Source of the DNA: Deltaproteobacteria bacterium
GTDB taxonomy: Bacteria; Desulfobacterota; Binatia; Binatales; Binataceae
Length of the DNA: 64,000 nt
Reading direction: 5' to 3'
NCBI GenBank assembly: GCA_027317185.1
Contig: DAHVFB010000001.1
Coordinates: 35,954 to 99,953, forward strand
Shown: positions 18,430 through 27,987 of the stretch, in pieces
Numbering within the stretch: the stretch's first letter is position 1
How the letters are laid out: each line of letters begins with the position of its first letter
Position numbers and translations under genes: made by a program
Notes under the pieces: generated by a model
Told to the model about the DNA's origin: nothing
The model's input: only the letters and a program-made list of their open reading frames with translations
Database searches by the model: none

Positions 18430-19157
18430 TATGGTGAAGGGGAGCCGCCTGTTTGTCTGATTATACGATCCCGGTTTCCCGCGACTCAGAGCTTGCGCAT
18501 CCCACCGTTATACATGGGTCCACTTTGATTCCATGGACTTCAGACCGGCTGTTACTTTTCGCAATCACGCATATTGGCGCTGCCAGATCGACCTTAAACT
18601 GCTTCGATCACCAGGCTCCCGTCGTACAGCAAGTCACATGCCGCTGCCAATCGAATGACCGTGCACGCACTCAAAAGATCGCCCCGGCGCTGCCAGACCT
18701 GGACTTTCGCGCAAAGCTCACATTCACCGCCGGGCATCGCGGGACAAACCCTTCCTGTGGGGACTTAGCACACTACTGTAGGATATTTGCATCATTCAAC
18801 GCGGGGAGAAACGCGCGCGATCCCAGCGCCCCATCCCGCGATGGAGCAGCTACGATGTAATGGCGCGCACGTCCCGCTGATTTGCCGCCAACCACCGATC
18901 CAAGGAGGGGGCTTCATGGATCACGTTCGAGTACACGCCGGGCGCTTTATACAGCGCCTGCTTCTTTCCAATTCCGAACCACTTGCGGCAGGCATACTTC
19001 GCCCGCCCTGAGCGGTGGCCGATTAAGCGGAACCTGCAAATTTGTTCCATTCCCGCTGAAGTTTCAGCGGCATTCGAAAACCAGAACCGGCCTGTAAGAC
19101 GGTTCCTCATCCCGCGGTTCGAGCCATCGGCGTCATGCCTGGCTTGGACGCGGCCTC

Positions 19158-19505
19158 ATGGTGAATGCAATGTCGATGTTGATGGAAATCGTGGATACGA
19201 TCGGCGACGACGCAGCCTTGAAACTGATCGCCGATTTTGCCGGCACGCGTCTTTATGTACCGCAAGAGCCAAATCCCGAGGATCCGATCTCCCGCTCGAT
19301 CGGCCTGCCGGCGGCGCAAAAGCTGGCCCGCCTGTACGGCGGTGATCGCATGGACGTCCCCAATCCTGCGGTGCGCCGCATGCGGATTTTGCAAATGCGT
19401 GCGGCCGGGGCCACCGTGGAATCGATCGCGCGGGAACTCCGATGCACCGCGCGGCGTGTTTACCAGGTGCTGGCCGAAGCCCGCACCGTCAGTCCCTCGC
19501 TCTGA
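19158..19505 (+). CDS. Mor/C-family phage transcriptional activator
   Basis: 115 aa. Central GTRLYVP motif and C-terminal HTH (ATVESIARELRCTARRVYQVL), as in the Mu Mor/C family. Confidence 0.5.
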   Translation: MVNAMSMLMEIVDTIGDDAALKLIADFAGTRLYVPQEPNPEDPISRSIGLPAAQKLARLYGGDRMDVPNPAVRRMRILQMRAAGATVESIARELRCTARRVYQVLAEARTVSPSL

Positions 19506-19838
19506 TTCCCGGCATATCGCCGGTCTCGCGCTGCCCTCCAAGGGCGGCACCCAATCCGTTTATACTTTGTTCTTGTTATCGCTTGACGCGCAACTACGTG
19601 TTTTGAACGGACGAGGACCCTCATCGCATCACTACATTTTGCTACTCACCACACACTATATTTTCTACTCGCTTGAGGCGCGAGGGCGACATACTAAGCC
19701 GCTAGCACTGCCGTAGCGGAAGCGTTTCAGGTCCAATTTTACCGAGATAGCAAGTAGCACACCACTGACTACTCGGTTTGTAATTATTTCCTTTCTGAAT
19801 GATGCCTGCACACTAGCCACTTATTTCAAAATGCCTAT

Positions 19839-19858
19839 TCAGTGAAAAATTTCAGTCT
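19839..19858 (+). promoter_or_regulatory. Candidate late-promoter/activator site TCAGTGAAAAATTTCAGTCT upstream of the lysis genes
   Basis: Near-identical 20-mer recurs at 33801-33820 upstream of the head gene gpI (19 of 20 positions). Built from direct TCAGTG/TCAGTC half-sites. Confidence 0.35.
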
Positions 19859-19925
19859 GTTCGCTTCGCCAAACTGTCTCTACTCTGCGCGAGTGACCTG
19901 TCCTGAAACATCAATTGATTCAACC

Positions 19926-20450
19926 ATGAACACAGATTTGTTTCGTAATGCGCCATCATCTGGCTACCCACAGGCATTTGCGGTCGCTCTCGCCCGCGTA
20001 TTTGCCGACGAGGGCGGTTATAGCGATCAGCGTAACGATCCGGGTGGCGCCACCAAATATGGAATTTCGCAGCATCAGTATCCGACGCTCGACATTGCGA
20101 AGCTGACGCGAGACGAAGCCGCAACAATTTACTACCGCGACTGGTGGCAGCGTTTCGACTTCGGTTCGTTGCCCGATACTGTCGGCGGCAAACTGTTTAA
20201 TTTGGCAATTAATATCGGTCCGCGCGAGGCGTCGCTGTGCTTGCAGCGCGCGTTGCGGGCCTGCGGCCATCGGGTGGCCGAAGATGGCGCACTTGGTGAT
20301 CAATCCCGCGCCGCGGCGCAATCCGCCGATCCAGCAGCGCTCGCTGCGGCGCTGCGCTCGGAAGCTGCGGGCCATTATCGAGTGCTGGCCGTCTCGGATG
20401 CTCGCCGCAAAGTGTTTCTCGAGGGCTGGCTTAATCGCGCTTACGAATAA
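19926..20450 (+). CDS. Endolysin, glycoside hydrolase family 108 (N-acetylmuramidase)
   Basis: EGGYSDQRNDPGGATKYGI signature of GH108. The track ORF starts at 19842. ATG 19926 is preferred because the promoter motif overlaps 19842. Confidence 0.75.
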   Translation: MNTDLFRNAPSSGYPQAFAVALARVFADEGGYSDQRNDPGGATKYGISQHQYPTLDIAKLTRDEAATIYYRDWWQRFDFGSLPDTVGGKLFNLAINIGPREASLCLQRALRACGHRVAEDGALGDQSRAAAQSADPAALAAALRSEAAGHYRVLAVSDARRKVFLEGWLNRAYE

Positions 20451-20465
20451 AGAAGGAGAGAACTC

Positions 20466-20711
20466 ATGAACCTATCTTCATTGCTTGATGTTTCGGTGGC
20501 CGGTGTAACGCTTGGCGCTGCCGGATTCGCGCTCGGAACTCTTTTTGGGCATTGGCTGGCCGTACGCCTGATGGCGGCGATTCACGGACTGGAGTCGCGT
20601 CTCGCCGCGGTCGAACATGCGCTCGGACTTGGCGGCAAGCCGGTCACCAGCGCGCCGGCGAAAGCTCTGGTTTCAACTCCGGCGCCCAGTGCTGCGCAGC
20701 CGGTGAAATAG
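20466..20711 (+). CDS. Putative holin (small membrane protein)
   Basis: 81 aa, one or two TM segments, directly after the endolysin. Confidence 0.4.
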   Translation: MNLSSLLDVSVAGVTLGAAGFALGTLFGHWLAVRLMAAIHGLESRLAAVEHALGLGGKPVTSAPAKALVSTPAPSAAQPVK

Positions 20712-20713
20712 TC

Positions 20714-21121
20714 ATGTTCGCGCTGCTTCCGATACTAACCAGGGCCTGGAAACCGGCGATGTTGGCCGCGATCGTGGCGGGCGCGCTGATCTATTTATCG
20801 GTGCTGGTGCATGAGCGCAACGCCGCCCGTAGCGAGGTACGGCGCGATAGCGCGCAAATCGTTGATCTGCAGTCGAGTAATCAGCAGTTTCAGGCGGCGG
20901 TCGGCCAATGCAATGCACAGGTGACCAGGCTCAGGAGCGCGGCCGGCGCGCTCGCACGGGAGCAGCAGGCTCGGGAAAACAGTTTCAATCAACGCGCAAA
21001 TGCGATCGTGGCGGCCTCGGCCACTCAGGCCGCGATTCTGCAGACCGCCAAAATCGCTCCCGATTGCGAGAACGCGATTCGATGGGGCCGCGCCGAAGGA
21101 CCGGAGCTGGGCAGATGGTAA
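20714..21121 (+). CDS. i-spanin (Rz-like): N-terminal TM plus coiled coil
   Basis: MFALLPILTRAWKPAMLAAIVAGALIYL TM, then a Gln/Ala-rich coiled coil. Overlaps the next gene by ATGGTAA. Confidence 0.5.
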   Translation: MFALLPILTRAWKPAMLAAIVAGALIYLSVLVHERNAARSEVRRDSAQIVDLQSSNQQFQAAVGQCNAQVTRLRSAAGALAREQQARENSFNQRANAIVAASATQAAILQTAKIAPDCENAIRWGRAEGPELGRW

Positions 21122-21450
21122 CCGCTGCGAAAGCCTTCGCCGCGATCGCGATAATCTCCGCTGTGGGCGGATGCGCCGCGCGCCCGCCGATGGCCCCGCG
21201 TCCGGTCATGGTCAAAGTTCCGGTGCCGGTGCCGGTCTATTGCCCGCTTTCGCTACCGGACAAGCCACGGCTGCCGATAAGCGAGCTCACGCCATCTTCA
21301 ACTCCGGCCGATACCATTCGCGCTTACGCCTCGGCGGTCGCGATCCTGAAAGGCGCCGTGCGTCAGCGCGATCAGATGATCACCGGCTGCGCCGCGCCGG
21401 CCGCCAACTCCGCCAATAACGCCAACACCGCAAAAATAGCTGCAAAGTGA
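21115..21450 (+). CDS. o-spanin (Rz1-like) Pro-rich outer-membrane lipoprotein
   Basis: Lipoprotein signal AIAIISAVGGC and VPVPVPVYCP proline-rich region. Separate gene, not embedded in the i-spanin. Confidence 0.5.
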   Translation: MVTAAKAFAAIAIISAVGGCAARPPMAPRPVMVKVPVPVPVYCPLSLPDKPRLPISELTPSSTPADTIRAYASAVAILKGAVRQRDQMITGCAAPAANSANNANTAKIAAK

Positions 21451-21686
21451 TGAGATTTATCACCGACATACTGACAGGTAAGGACAATCTGACGTTCGAC
21501 GCCGCGCGCGTGATGGGCGTGATGGGAGCCGGCGCCTATATCGTGTTCTGGAGTGCGGCGGTATTCCATCTGGGCGTCTTCAGCGCCGGTGACGCGGCCG
21601 CCTACGGCACCGGTTTGGGCTTGGTGATGGTCGCGATGTCGGGGGCGGTGAGATTGAAGCAGGAAGCGGAGCCCGAGCGGCGATGA
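21447..21686 (+). CDS. Small membrane protein (second holin/antiholin-like)
   Basis: 79 aa with two hydrophobic segments. Confidence 0.35.
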   Translation: MMRFITDILTGKDNLTFDAARVMGVMGAGAYIVFWSAAVFHLGVFSAGDAAAYGTGLGLVMVAMSGAVRLKQEAEPERR

Positions 21687-21942
21687 TTATCGAGGCGCGC
21701 GCACCGTTGTCATCCGCTCGCCGGCCATTCGGGGCAGGACTGTCGTGGAAGAAGACCCCCTTCCGTACCTTCCCCCGCAACCAAGCGGGGGAAGGCAACA
21801 TGAATGGCTTCCCCGGTGACCGACCGGAAGCAGACGCCACGACTCTCACATCCTACGCCCATTCCCGCGAGGGAAGGGGACGGGGGTTAGGCCGTCTCGA
21901 CTCCGCGGCGCGGCGCGCGGACGGCAGGCGGGACGGCGCGCG

Positions 21943-22254
21943 ATGAACTGGCAATCCATTGGAGTGTTGCTGCTGTTTTTTATCGCCACCGGCGCGATCA
22001 ACCTCGCCGCTTTGCGGCTGCTGTTCAGACAGCATGAAGTGGCCTATCGCGGACGGCTCGAAGCGTTGCGGCGCCGGGGCACCGACCATTCGCAGCAGCT
22101 CGAACGCGAACTGACCAATCTGAAGTCGCAATTGCCCGCCGGCTATGTGCGGCGGGAGGACTGGATCAGGTTTGGCGCCCTGATCGACGCCAAGCTCGAC
22201 TCGATTCGCCATGACATGGCGGTGGTGAGAGATAAATTTGATGGACAGGCTTAA
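21943..22254 (+). CDS. Phage hypothetical membrane protein
   Basis: 103 aa, N-terminal TM segment. Confidence 0.35.
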   Translation: MNWQSIGVLLLFFIATGAINLAALRLLFRQHEVAYRGRLEALRRRGTDHSQQLERELTNLKSQLPAGYVRREDWIRFGALIDAKLDSIRHDMAVVRDKFDGQA

Positions 22255-22552
22255 TCTCGAACAAAAACAGCGCGAAACCGCGCGCTGGCGGATTCTGCGG
22301 GTGCTCGATGCGGGCCGCCCGATGCCGGTGTCCGAGGCGATCATATGGCGCGTGGTGACCGAGAGCGAGACCCAGTTGTCGCCCAACGCGGTGCGGCGTG
22401 AGCTGAGCTATCTGCGCGATCTCGCGCTGCTCGAAATCGAACACGAAGACACCGACACCTGGTCGGCCAAGCTCACCGCGCGCGGGGTCGATGTGGTCGA
22501 GTACACAATACCGGCGCCGGCCGGAATCGCGCGTCCGCGCAAGAACTGGTAG
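22238..22552 (+). CDS. Phage hypothetical protein
   Basis: 104 aa, overlaps its neighbours. Confidence 0.35.
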   Translation: MMDRLNLEQKQRETARWRILRVLDAGRPMPVSEAIIWRVVTESETQLSPNAVRRELSYLRDLALLEIEHEDTDTWSAKLTARGVDVVEYTIPAPAGIARPRKNW

Positions 22553-22557
22553 CTGCG

Positions 22558-23094
22558 ATGCCACCCAGGTCCAAGACGAAATTGCTGCCAGCCGCGTTAC
22601 GCGAGGAACTTGAGCGCCGCCTGCTGGAAAAAAGCTTCAGCGGCTACCGGGAGCTTTCGCGATGGCTGGCCGAACAGGGCTACTCAATCACCCACGCCGC
22701 GTTGCACAAGTACGGCCGCAGCTTCGAGCGGCGGCTTAAGCAGGTGAAACTGGCCACTGCGCAGGCCCGCGCGATCGTCGAAGGCGCGCCCGATGACGAC
22801 AATCGGATCAACGAAGCGATGCAGATGCTGATCCAGCAGCGGCTGTTCGAAATTCTGGTCGAAGTCCAGGGCGACGAGCTCAAGGAGATCAACCTGCACG
22901 CGCTGGCCCGCTCGGTGGCGGAGCTGGGACGCGCATGGGTGATGCAGAAAAAATGGAAGGAAGAGACACGCGCGATAGTGGCCGGCAAGGTCAACGCCGC
23001 GGGCGAGAAGATCACCGGCGTGGCGCGCAATGCCGGGTTGACGCCGGAAACCGAGGACCGCATCCGCAAAGCCCTGCTCGAAATACAGGTGTGA
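22558..23094 (+). CDS. Mu gp27-like protein (DUF3486), terminase small-subunit role
   Basis: LPAALREELERRLLEKSFSGYRELSRWLAEQGYSITHAALHKYG matches the gp27/DUF3486 N-terminus. Directly precedes the large terminase. Confidence 0.55.
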   Translation: MPPRSKTKLLPAALREELERRLLEKSFSGYRELSRWLAEQGYSITHAALHKYGRSFERRLKQVKLATAQARAIVEGAPDDDNRINEAMQMLIQQRLFEILVEVQGDELKEINLHALARSVAELGRAWVMQKKWKEETRAIVAGKVNAAGEKITGVARNAGLTPETEDRIRKALLEIQV

Positions 23095-23096
23095 CG

Positions 23097-24629
23097 ATGA
23101 CCCCGCAAACCGACAAACTTTCAATTCTGCTTCCGTATCAAAGCCGCTGGATTGCCGATCCGGCGCAGGTCAAGGTGTGCGAAAAATCACGCCGCGTGGG
23201 TATCACCTGGACCGAAGCGGCCGATGCGGCGCTGGCGGCCGCCAGTCAGCGCGGCAGCGACACCTGGTATATCGGCTACAACAAGGACATGGCGCTGGAG
23301 TTCGTGTGGACCGCCGCCGAATGGGCGAAACGGTTCAATCGCGCCGCCCGCGAACTCGAGGAAATCGCGATCAACGACGAGGATCGCGACATCCTCGCCT
23401 ATCGTATCCGCTTCGCCTCGGGCCACAAGATTACGGCGCTGTCGTCGCGTCCTTCCAACCTGCGCGGCAAGGACGGGCGCGCGGTGATCGACGAGGCCGC
23501 CTTCCACGACGATCTCGCAGGCCTGATGAAGGCGGCGCTGGCCTTCACCATGTGGGGCGGCAAAGTGCGCGTGATTTCCACCCACAACGGCGCGGGCAGC
23601 GCCTTCAACGAACTGGTGAGCGACGTTCGCGCCGGGCGGCTCAACTATTCGCTGCATCGAATCGCCTTCGACGAAGCGATCGCGCAGGGCCTGTTCCGCA
23701 AAATCTGCGAACGCAACGATCGCGAATGGAGCGCGGCGGCCGAGCGCGCGTGGCGCGACGAGATCGTCGACTTCTATGGCGACAACTGCGACGAGGAGCT
23801 GTTCTGTACTCCGCGCGCCAACTCCGGCGCCTATCTGTCGACGCCGCTGATCGAAAGCCGGATGCGATCAGCCAGTCCAGTGGTGCGCTGGGCGATGCCG
23901 GCGGAGTTCGCCGGCGAACGGGATGAGATCCGATCCAAGATCGCGCTGGATTTCTGCCGCGAACAACTCGATCCGGCAATCGCGCTGCTCGACCCTTCGT
24001 TGATGAGCTGCTTCGGCGAAGATTTCGGACGCAGCGGCGACCTGACGGTTATCTGGCCGCTTCAGATCGAGGCGCGCCTGACGCGCCGCACGCCGTTCGC
24101 GGTCGAGCTGCGCAACATCCCGTTCCGTCAGCAGGAGCAGATTTTGTTTTATATCGTTGATCGCCTGCCGCGTTTTTTCGCCGGTGCGATGGACGCGCGC
24201 GGCAACGGGCAATACCTGGCGGAAATCGCAATGCAGCGCTACGGCAATCGGATCAAGCAGGTGATGCTGTCGGCCGAGTGGTACCGCGAGCAGATGCCGC
24301 GCTACAAGGCGGCCTTCGAGGACGGCACGATCGAGCTGCCCAAGGACGACGGCATTTTGTCGGACCATCGATCGCTGGTGATGGAGCGCGGGGTGGTGAA
24401 AGTGATGGAACGCCGCGAACGCGACGCCACCGGCGGACGCCATGGCGATTCGGCGATCGCCGGAGCGCTGGCCTGGTTCGCCTCCTATCAGGACGCCGTC
24501 GAATATGACTATGCGCCGATTTCGCGGGTCGCGGCGCGGGCGCTGGAACATGACATGTCAAATCGCGCCGGTGCGTCCGAGGATGCGTTGTCGGATCGCA
24601 GCCGCCGCTTCGGCATGGGCGCGTGGTGA
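23097..24629 (+). CDS. Terminase large subunit (Mu gp28-like)
   Basis: 511 aa from ATG 23097. ATPase plus nuclease layout, conserved VIDEAAFHDD and STHNGAGS regions. The track's N-extension comes from the preceding gene's frame. Confidence 0.8.
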   Translation: MTPQTDKLSILLPYQSRWIADPAQVKVCEKSRRVGITWTEAADAALAAASQRGSDTWYIGYNKDMALEFVWTAAEWAKRFNRAARELEEIAINDEDRDILAYRIRFASGHKITALSSRPSNLRGKDGRAVIDEAAFHDDLAGLMKAALAFTMWGGKVRVISTHNGAGSAFNELVSDVRAGRLNYSLHRIAFDEAIAQGLFRKICERNDREWSAAAERAWRDEIVDFYGDNCDEELFCTPRANSGAYLSTPLIESRMRSASPVVRWAMPAEFAGERDEIRSKIALDFCREQLDPAIALLDPSLMSCFGEDFGRSGDLTVIWPLQIEARLTRRTPFAVELRNIPFRQQEQILFYIVDRLPRFFAGAMDARGNGQYLAEIAMQRYGNRIKQVMLSAEWYREQMPRYKAAFEDGTIELPKDDGILSDHRSLVMERGVVKVMERRERDATGGRHGDSAIAGALAWFASYQDAVEYDYAPISRVAARALEHDMSNRAGASEDALSDRSRRFGMGAW

Positions 24630-24688
24630 GCGCGATGGTTATCGATCGACAGCCCTTCACTCCCCAGTGCTTATTTCTCTCAGCGTCC

Positions 24689-24724
24689 GACCTCTCCCTG
24701 ACCCTCTCCTTGGACAAGGAGAGG
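24689..24724. repeat. REP-like palindromic repeat (same family as 3517-3630)
   Basis: cctctccctgaccctctccttggacaaggagaggg. Sits in the leader of the portal gene and is translated as PLPDPLLGQGEG in the track's over-extended ORF 24442..26130. Confidence 0.55.
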
Positions 24725-24750
24725 GCTTCGGAAGCTCACGGAGTAAGCGA

Positions 24751-26130
24751 ATGAAGCTATACGACGCGTATGGGCGAGCGGTAGACACCGGGCGCCTGCG
24801 TGAAGAACAGGCCGCGCCGACCTTCGCCGGCATCCGCAATATCTACTCCGTGATGCATCCGTCGGCCGGACTGACGCCCGAGCGCCTGTCCGCGATCTTG
24901 CGCGAAGCTGAGTCCGGCGATCCATATCTGTACCTCGAACTGGCCGAGGAGATGGAGGAAAAGGACCTGCACTACCTGGCCGTGCTCGCCACCCGCAAGC
25001 AATCGGTGGCCCAGCTCGACATGGTGATTCGACCGGCTTCGAGCGCGTCCGAGGACCTGAAGATCGCCGCGATGGTGCGCGAGGTGCTGCTCGACGGCAC
25101 GCTGGCGATGGAAGCGTTCCTGTTCGACAGCCTCGATGCGATCGGCAAGGGCTTTTCGGCGGTCGAAATAATCTGGGATACCGCCGGACGCACCTGGGTT
25201 CCACAGCGCCTGGTATGGCGCGATCCGCGCTGGTTTCTGTTCGATTGGATCAATGGCGAAACGCTGAGGGTACGCACGCTCGACGCGAGCGACCGCGAGT
25301 CGGAACTCGAGCCCGATCGCAGCAGCCATTTCCAGGGATCGGGCGCCGGTGCTCGATCGGGACTGCAACCGTTCACCGAACCCCTCCTGCCATACAAGTT
25401 CATCGTACATATCGCCAAGGCCAAGGCCGGACTGCCGATTCGGGGCGGGCTGGCGCGTGCGGCCGGCTGGTCGTACCTGTTCAAGAATTATGTGCTCAAG
25501 GATTGGGTCACCTACACCGAAGTTTTCGGCCAGCCTTTGCGGGTGGGCAAATATGGACCGGGCGCGACTGAGAACGACAAGCAGGTTTTACTCGATGCGG
25601 TGACCAATATAGGCAGCGACGCCGGTGCGATTATTCCGGACTCGATGGTGATCGAGTTCACGGAAGCGCGCCAGCAGGGCAGTATCGAGCTCTACGAAAA
25701 CTTCTGCGCCTACCTCGATCGCCAAGTCAGCAAGGCGGTGCTGGGACAGACGCTGACCACCGAGATGCCGCGCGAAGGTGGATCGCGCGCGGCCGCCCAG
25801 GTTCATCAGGCGGTGCGCCGCGACATCCTAAGCGCCGACGCCCGGCGGCTGGCCGCCACGATCACTCAGGATTTAATTAGACCGATTGTCGATCTGAATT
25901 TCGGGCCGCGCCCGCGCTATCCGCAATTCACGCTGGCCTTGCCCGAGGATCAGGACCTCAAGGTGTTTGCCGACATCATTGCAGAACTCGCCGACCGCGG
26001 GCTGCGCATCAGTCAGAAGACGGTGCTCGACAAGCTTGGATTGCCCGAGCCGCAGGCGGGAGAGCCGCTGCTGGAATCGATGCGCAATACGTCCGCCTCC
26101 GCCACCGCCGATCAGTCGCGCAAAGCATGA
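24751..26130 (+). CDS. Portal protein (Mu gp29 / DUF935 family)
   Basis: 459 aa from ATG 24751 (GGAG SD). N-terminal MKLYDAYGRAV...IRNIYSVMHPSAGLTPERLSAILREAESGD typical of Mu-type portals. Confidence 0.8.
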   Translation: MKLYDAYGRAVDTGRLREEQAAPTFAGIRNIYSVMHPSAGLTPERLSAILREAESGDPYLYLELAEEMEEKDLHYLAVLATRKQSVAQLDMVIRPASSASEDLKIAAMVREVLLDGTLAMEAFLFDSLDAIGKGFSAVEIIWDTAGRTWVPQRLVWRDPRWFLFDWINGETLRVRTLDASDRESELEPDRSSHFQGSGAGARSGLQPFTEPLLPYKFIVHIAKAKAGLPIRGGLARAAGWSYLFKNYVLKDWVTYTEVFGQPLRVGKYGPGATENDKQVLLDAVTNIGSDAGAIIPDSMVIEFTEARQQGSIELYENFCAYLDRQVSKAVLGQTLTTEMPREGGSRAAAQVHQAVRRDILSADARRLAATITQDLIRPIVDLNFGPRPRYPQFTLALPEDQDLKVFADIIAELADRGLRISQKTVLDKLGLPEPQAGEPLLESMRNTSASATADQSRKA

Positions 26131-26240
26131 TCGAAGGTTACGGAAATCCCCCGCCCGATCCCCGCCACTAACCCCACCATAAAAAGGACCGCCTGCCCGG
26201 CCACGGACAGGCGGTCTCACGCCTTTAGCAGCAGCCCGAG

Positions 26241-27602
26241 CTAGATCGGCGGAACCGGCAGCGGATAGAACGTCACCCCTGCGCCGTTGGAACAACTGAA
26301 GGTGGTGCTGGTGCCTGCGCAGTTACCAGCCGGAAGCGCTGTACTTATACCGCCCGCGTTGCTCTTCAATTTGGAAAGGTCGACTCGCACGAGAAAACCA
26401 AAATCAGTCGCCAAGCCGAAGGTGCCCTTGCCACAAGCCTGAATGGCGGTCGAGTTAGGCTCAAACCTGGTAGACCATATGTTGCCGTTGGGGTCATTTG
26501 GCAGGTTGGCGGAAACCGAAGAAACATCGCTGCTTTGGATCTGAGCGACTTTGGTGTTCGGTAGTTGCATTAAACCAATGCCCGGCTCGTACTCCTCGGT
26601 TATGAAAGCCTGGTGCGATTTCCTGTCCACCGCCGCGCTCAAATCAGCGTTATTACTGTCGATCACGACCGGAATCGAGTTGGGCGGCGTTCCCGCTTCA
26701 GTGACCGTACACGACGATCCGGGATTCACCGTAGCGCCATTGAGATTCAGAACGATGATGGTTGAATCGCCTCCGATGTCGTCGGCGGCCAGCCAGACTC
26801 CGGTGGAAGGATCGACCGCCGCAGAATCCCAACCCGTGGAATTAGAGCCAGCAGCGAGGTTCGCGTCGGTAAGCAAGCAGCTTTCACTGCCGGTGACGTC
26901 GATCATCTCCATCGAGTCAGCCGTGGACGGCGGGTTGTCGTTGGCATTCAGGATCAGATTGGTGGTCGGATCGAATGCGAAATTGTCGCTCTGCGAACCG
27001 GTCTGAGAGGCAACGATCGGACCGAAAGTATTGGTGGTTAGATCGAAAGCTGTAAAGCCGGTGCAGGCGCCGGCCGACGCGCACCCGCTGCCATCGGTAG
27101 TGGCAACCAAAACCTGTTTATGCTTCGGATCGGCAACGATGCCACCGTTTGCCGCGTCCGCGCCCGTCGGAAAGGGAAACGGCGAGCCGGCAATCGGGTT
27201 ACCGGTGCTGTCGAAAATATCGAGGAATCCGTTATTCCCGTTCTGTCCGCTGGAGACCAATAAATGCCGACTGCGCGGGTCGAACGCCACCGCGATCGCA
27301 TAATCCGGATGTCCGATATCGAGCGTGGCGACGTGCGGCGACGCGGTATCTGGATTAACTCCCAGATTGAGCACCTCGACCTGACCATCGCCACTCGTGC
27401 CCAGAAAGTCCAAGGCCACGAAGGCGTAGTTCTTTTTGCAATCCACCGTGGTAAGTGCAGCGGTAGTGGATGCGTTACCGCCAGTTACCTTGGGCGTGAA
27501 CCTGTTATTCGAACTCGAATCACACCCCCCCATCGTGAGTACAAATATTAAGCTGGTAAACGCGAGCGCGCTTACCATAGTTGTCTTGAAATTCGGACGC
27601 AT
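26241..27602 (-). CDS. Secreted lipoprotein, beta-propeller-like repeat protein (cargo)
   Basis: 453 aa. Signal plus lipobox (LTMGGC). Repeated strand-like segments. Confidence 0.45.
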   Translation of the reverse strand: MRPNFKTTMVSALAFTSLIFVLTMGGCDSSSNNRFTPKVTGGNASTTAALTTVDCKKNYAFVALDFLGTSGDGQVEVLNLGVNPDTASPHVATLDIGHPDYAIAVAFDPRSRHLLVSSGQNGNNGFLDIFDSTGNPIAGSPFPFPTGADAANGGIVADPKHKQVLVATTDGSGCASAGACTGFTAFDLTTNTFGPIVASQTGSQSDNFAFDPTTNLILNANDNPPSTADSMEMIDVTGSESCLLTDANLAAGSNSTGWDSAAVDPSTGVWLAADDIGGDSTIIVLNLNGATVNPGSSCTVTEAGTPPNSIPVVIDSNNADLSAAVDRKSHQAFITEEYEPGIGLMQLPNTKVAQIQSSDVSSVSANLPNDPNGNIWSTRFEPNSTAIQACGKGTFGLATDFGFLVRVDLSKLKSNAGGISTALPAGNCAGTSTTFSCSNGAGVTFYPLPVPPI

Positions 27603-27766
27603 TGTTTCCCCTCCCTGAAGATAGATAAAGTCCTATTAACCGACTAAAGGATAGATTATCTGTAGCAAAGGCTGAAAATGAAGTCTACGCGTCTAAGCTA
27701 ATTATCCGCGAAAATTACGTCAAATAGGCGTGCGAAGCCCACTGCGGCAAAAGGTTTGATCGGGTA

Positions 27767-27859
27767 GGTCAGGGCAAGATGGGCGCGGTATGGCCGAAGC
27801 GCGCGTTGGTCATCGAAGAAATCAGGCTGAAACTATTGAAACCGGAACTGTAAAGCTCC
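27767..27859 (-). pseudogene. 3'-terminal fragment (last 29 codons plus stop) of a Kelch-repeat gene paralogous to 29144..30412
   Basis: About 95% nucleotide identity to 29141-29233. Reading frame preserved (ELYSSGFNSFSLISSMTNARFGHTAPILP*). No upstream ORF body. Confidence 0.5.
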
Positions 27860-27987
27860 ATCCGGCGGCCCTCAAACGCATGGCGTCGCGGTATGGCGCA
27901 AGCTCACACCTCGCCCCGGAGGGCTAAGGCGCCGGAGCTGCGCGTCTTCTCAGGCGCCGCTTAACGCCGGGACGGCAATCGGCAGCG

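Noticed and set aside
18453-18860. ORF 18453..18860 (135 aa) in the repressor-mor gap
   Set aside because: No SD, odd composition, no similarity to Ner/Cro-like proteins. Likely non-coding.
19506-19560. Possible rho-independent terminator after mor (ctgccct-cca-agggcgg)
   Set aside because: Stem has a G-U pair and the downstream U-tract is interrupted. Too weak to report as a feature.
22935-23096. Upstream extension of the large terminase ORF
   Set aside because: Overlaps the 3' end of the gp27-like gene in another frame. ATG 23097 follows directly after its stop.
24442-24750. N-terminal 103 codons of track ORF 24442..26130
   Set aside because: Read-through of the terminase 3' end and the REP-like repeat (PLPDPLLGQGEG). 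The portal starts at ATG 24751 with a GGAG SD.
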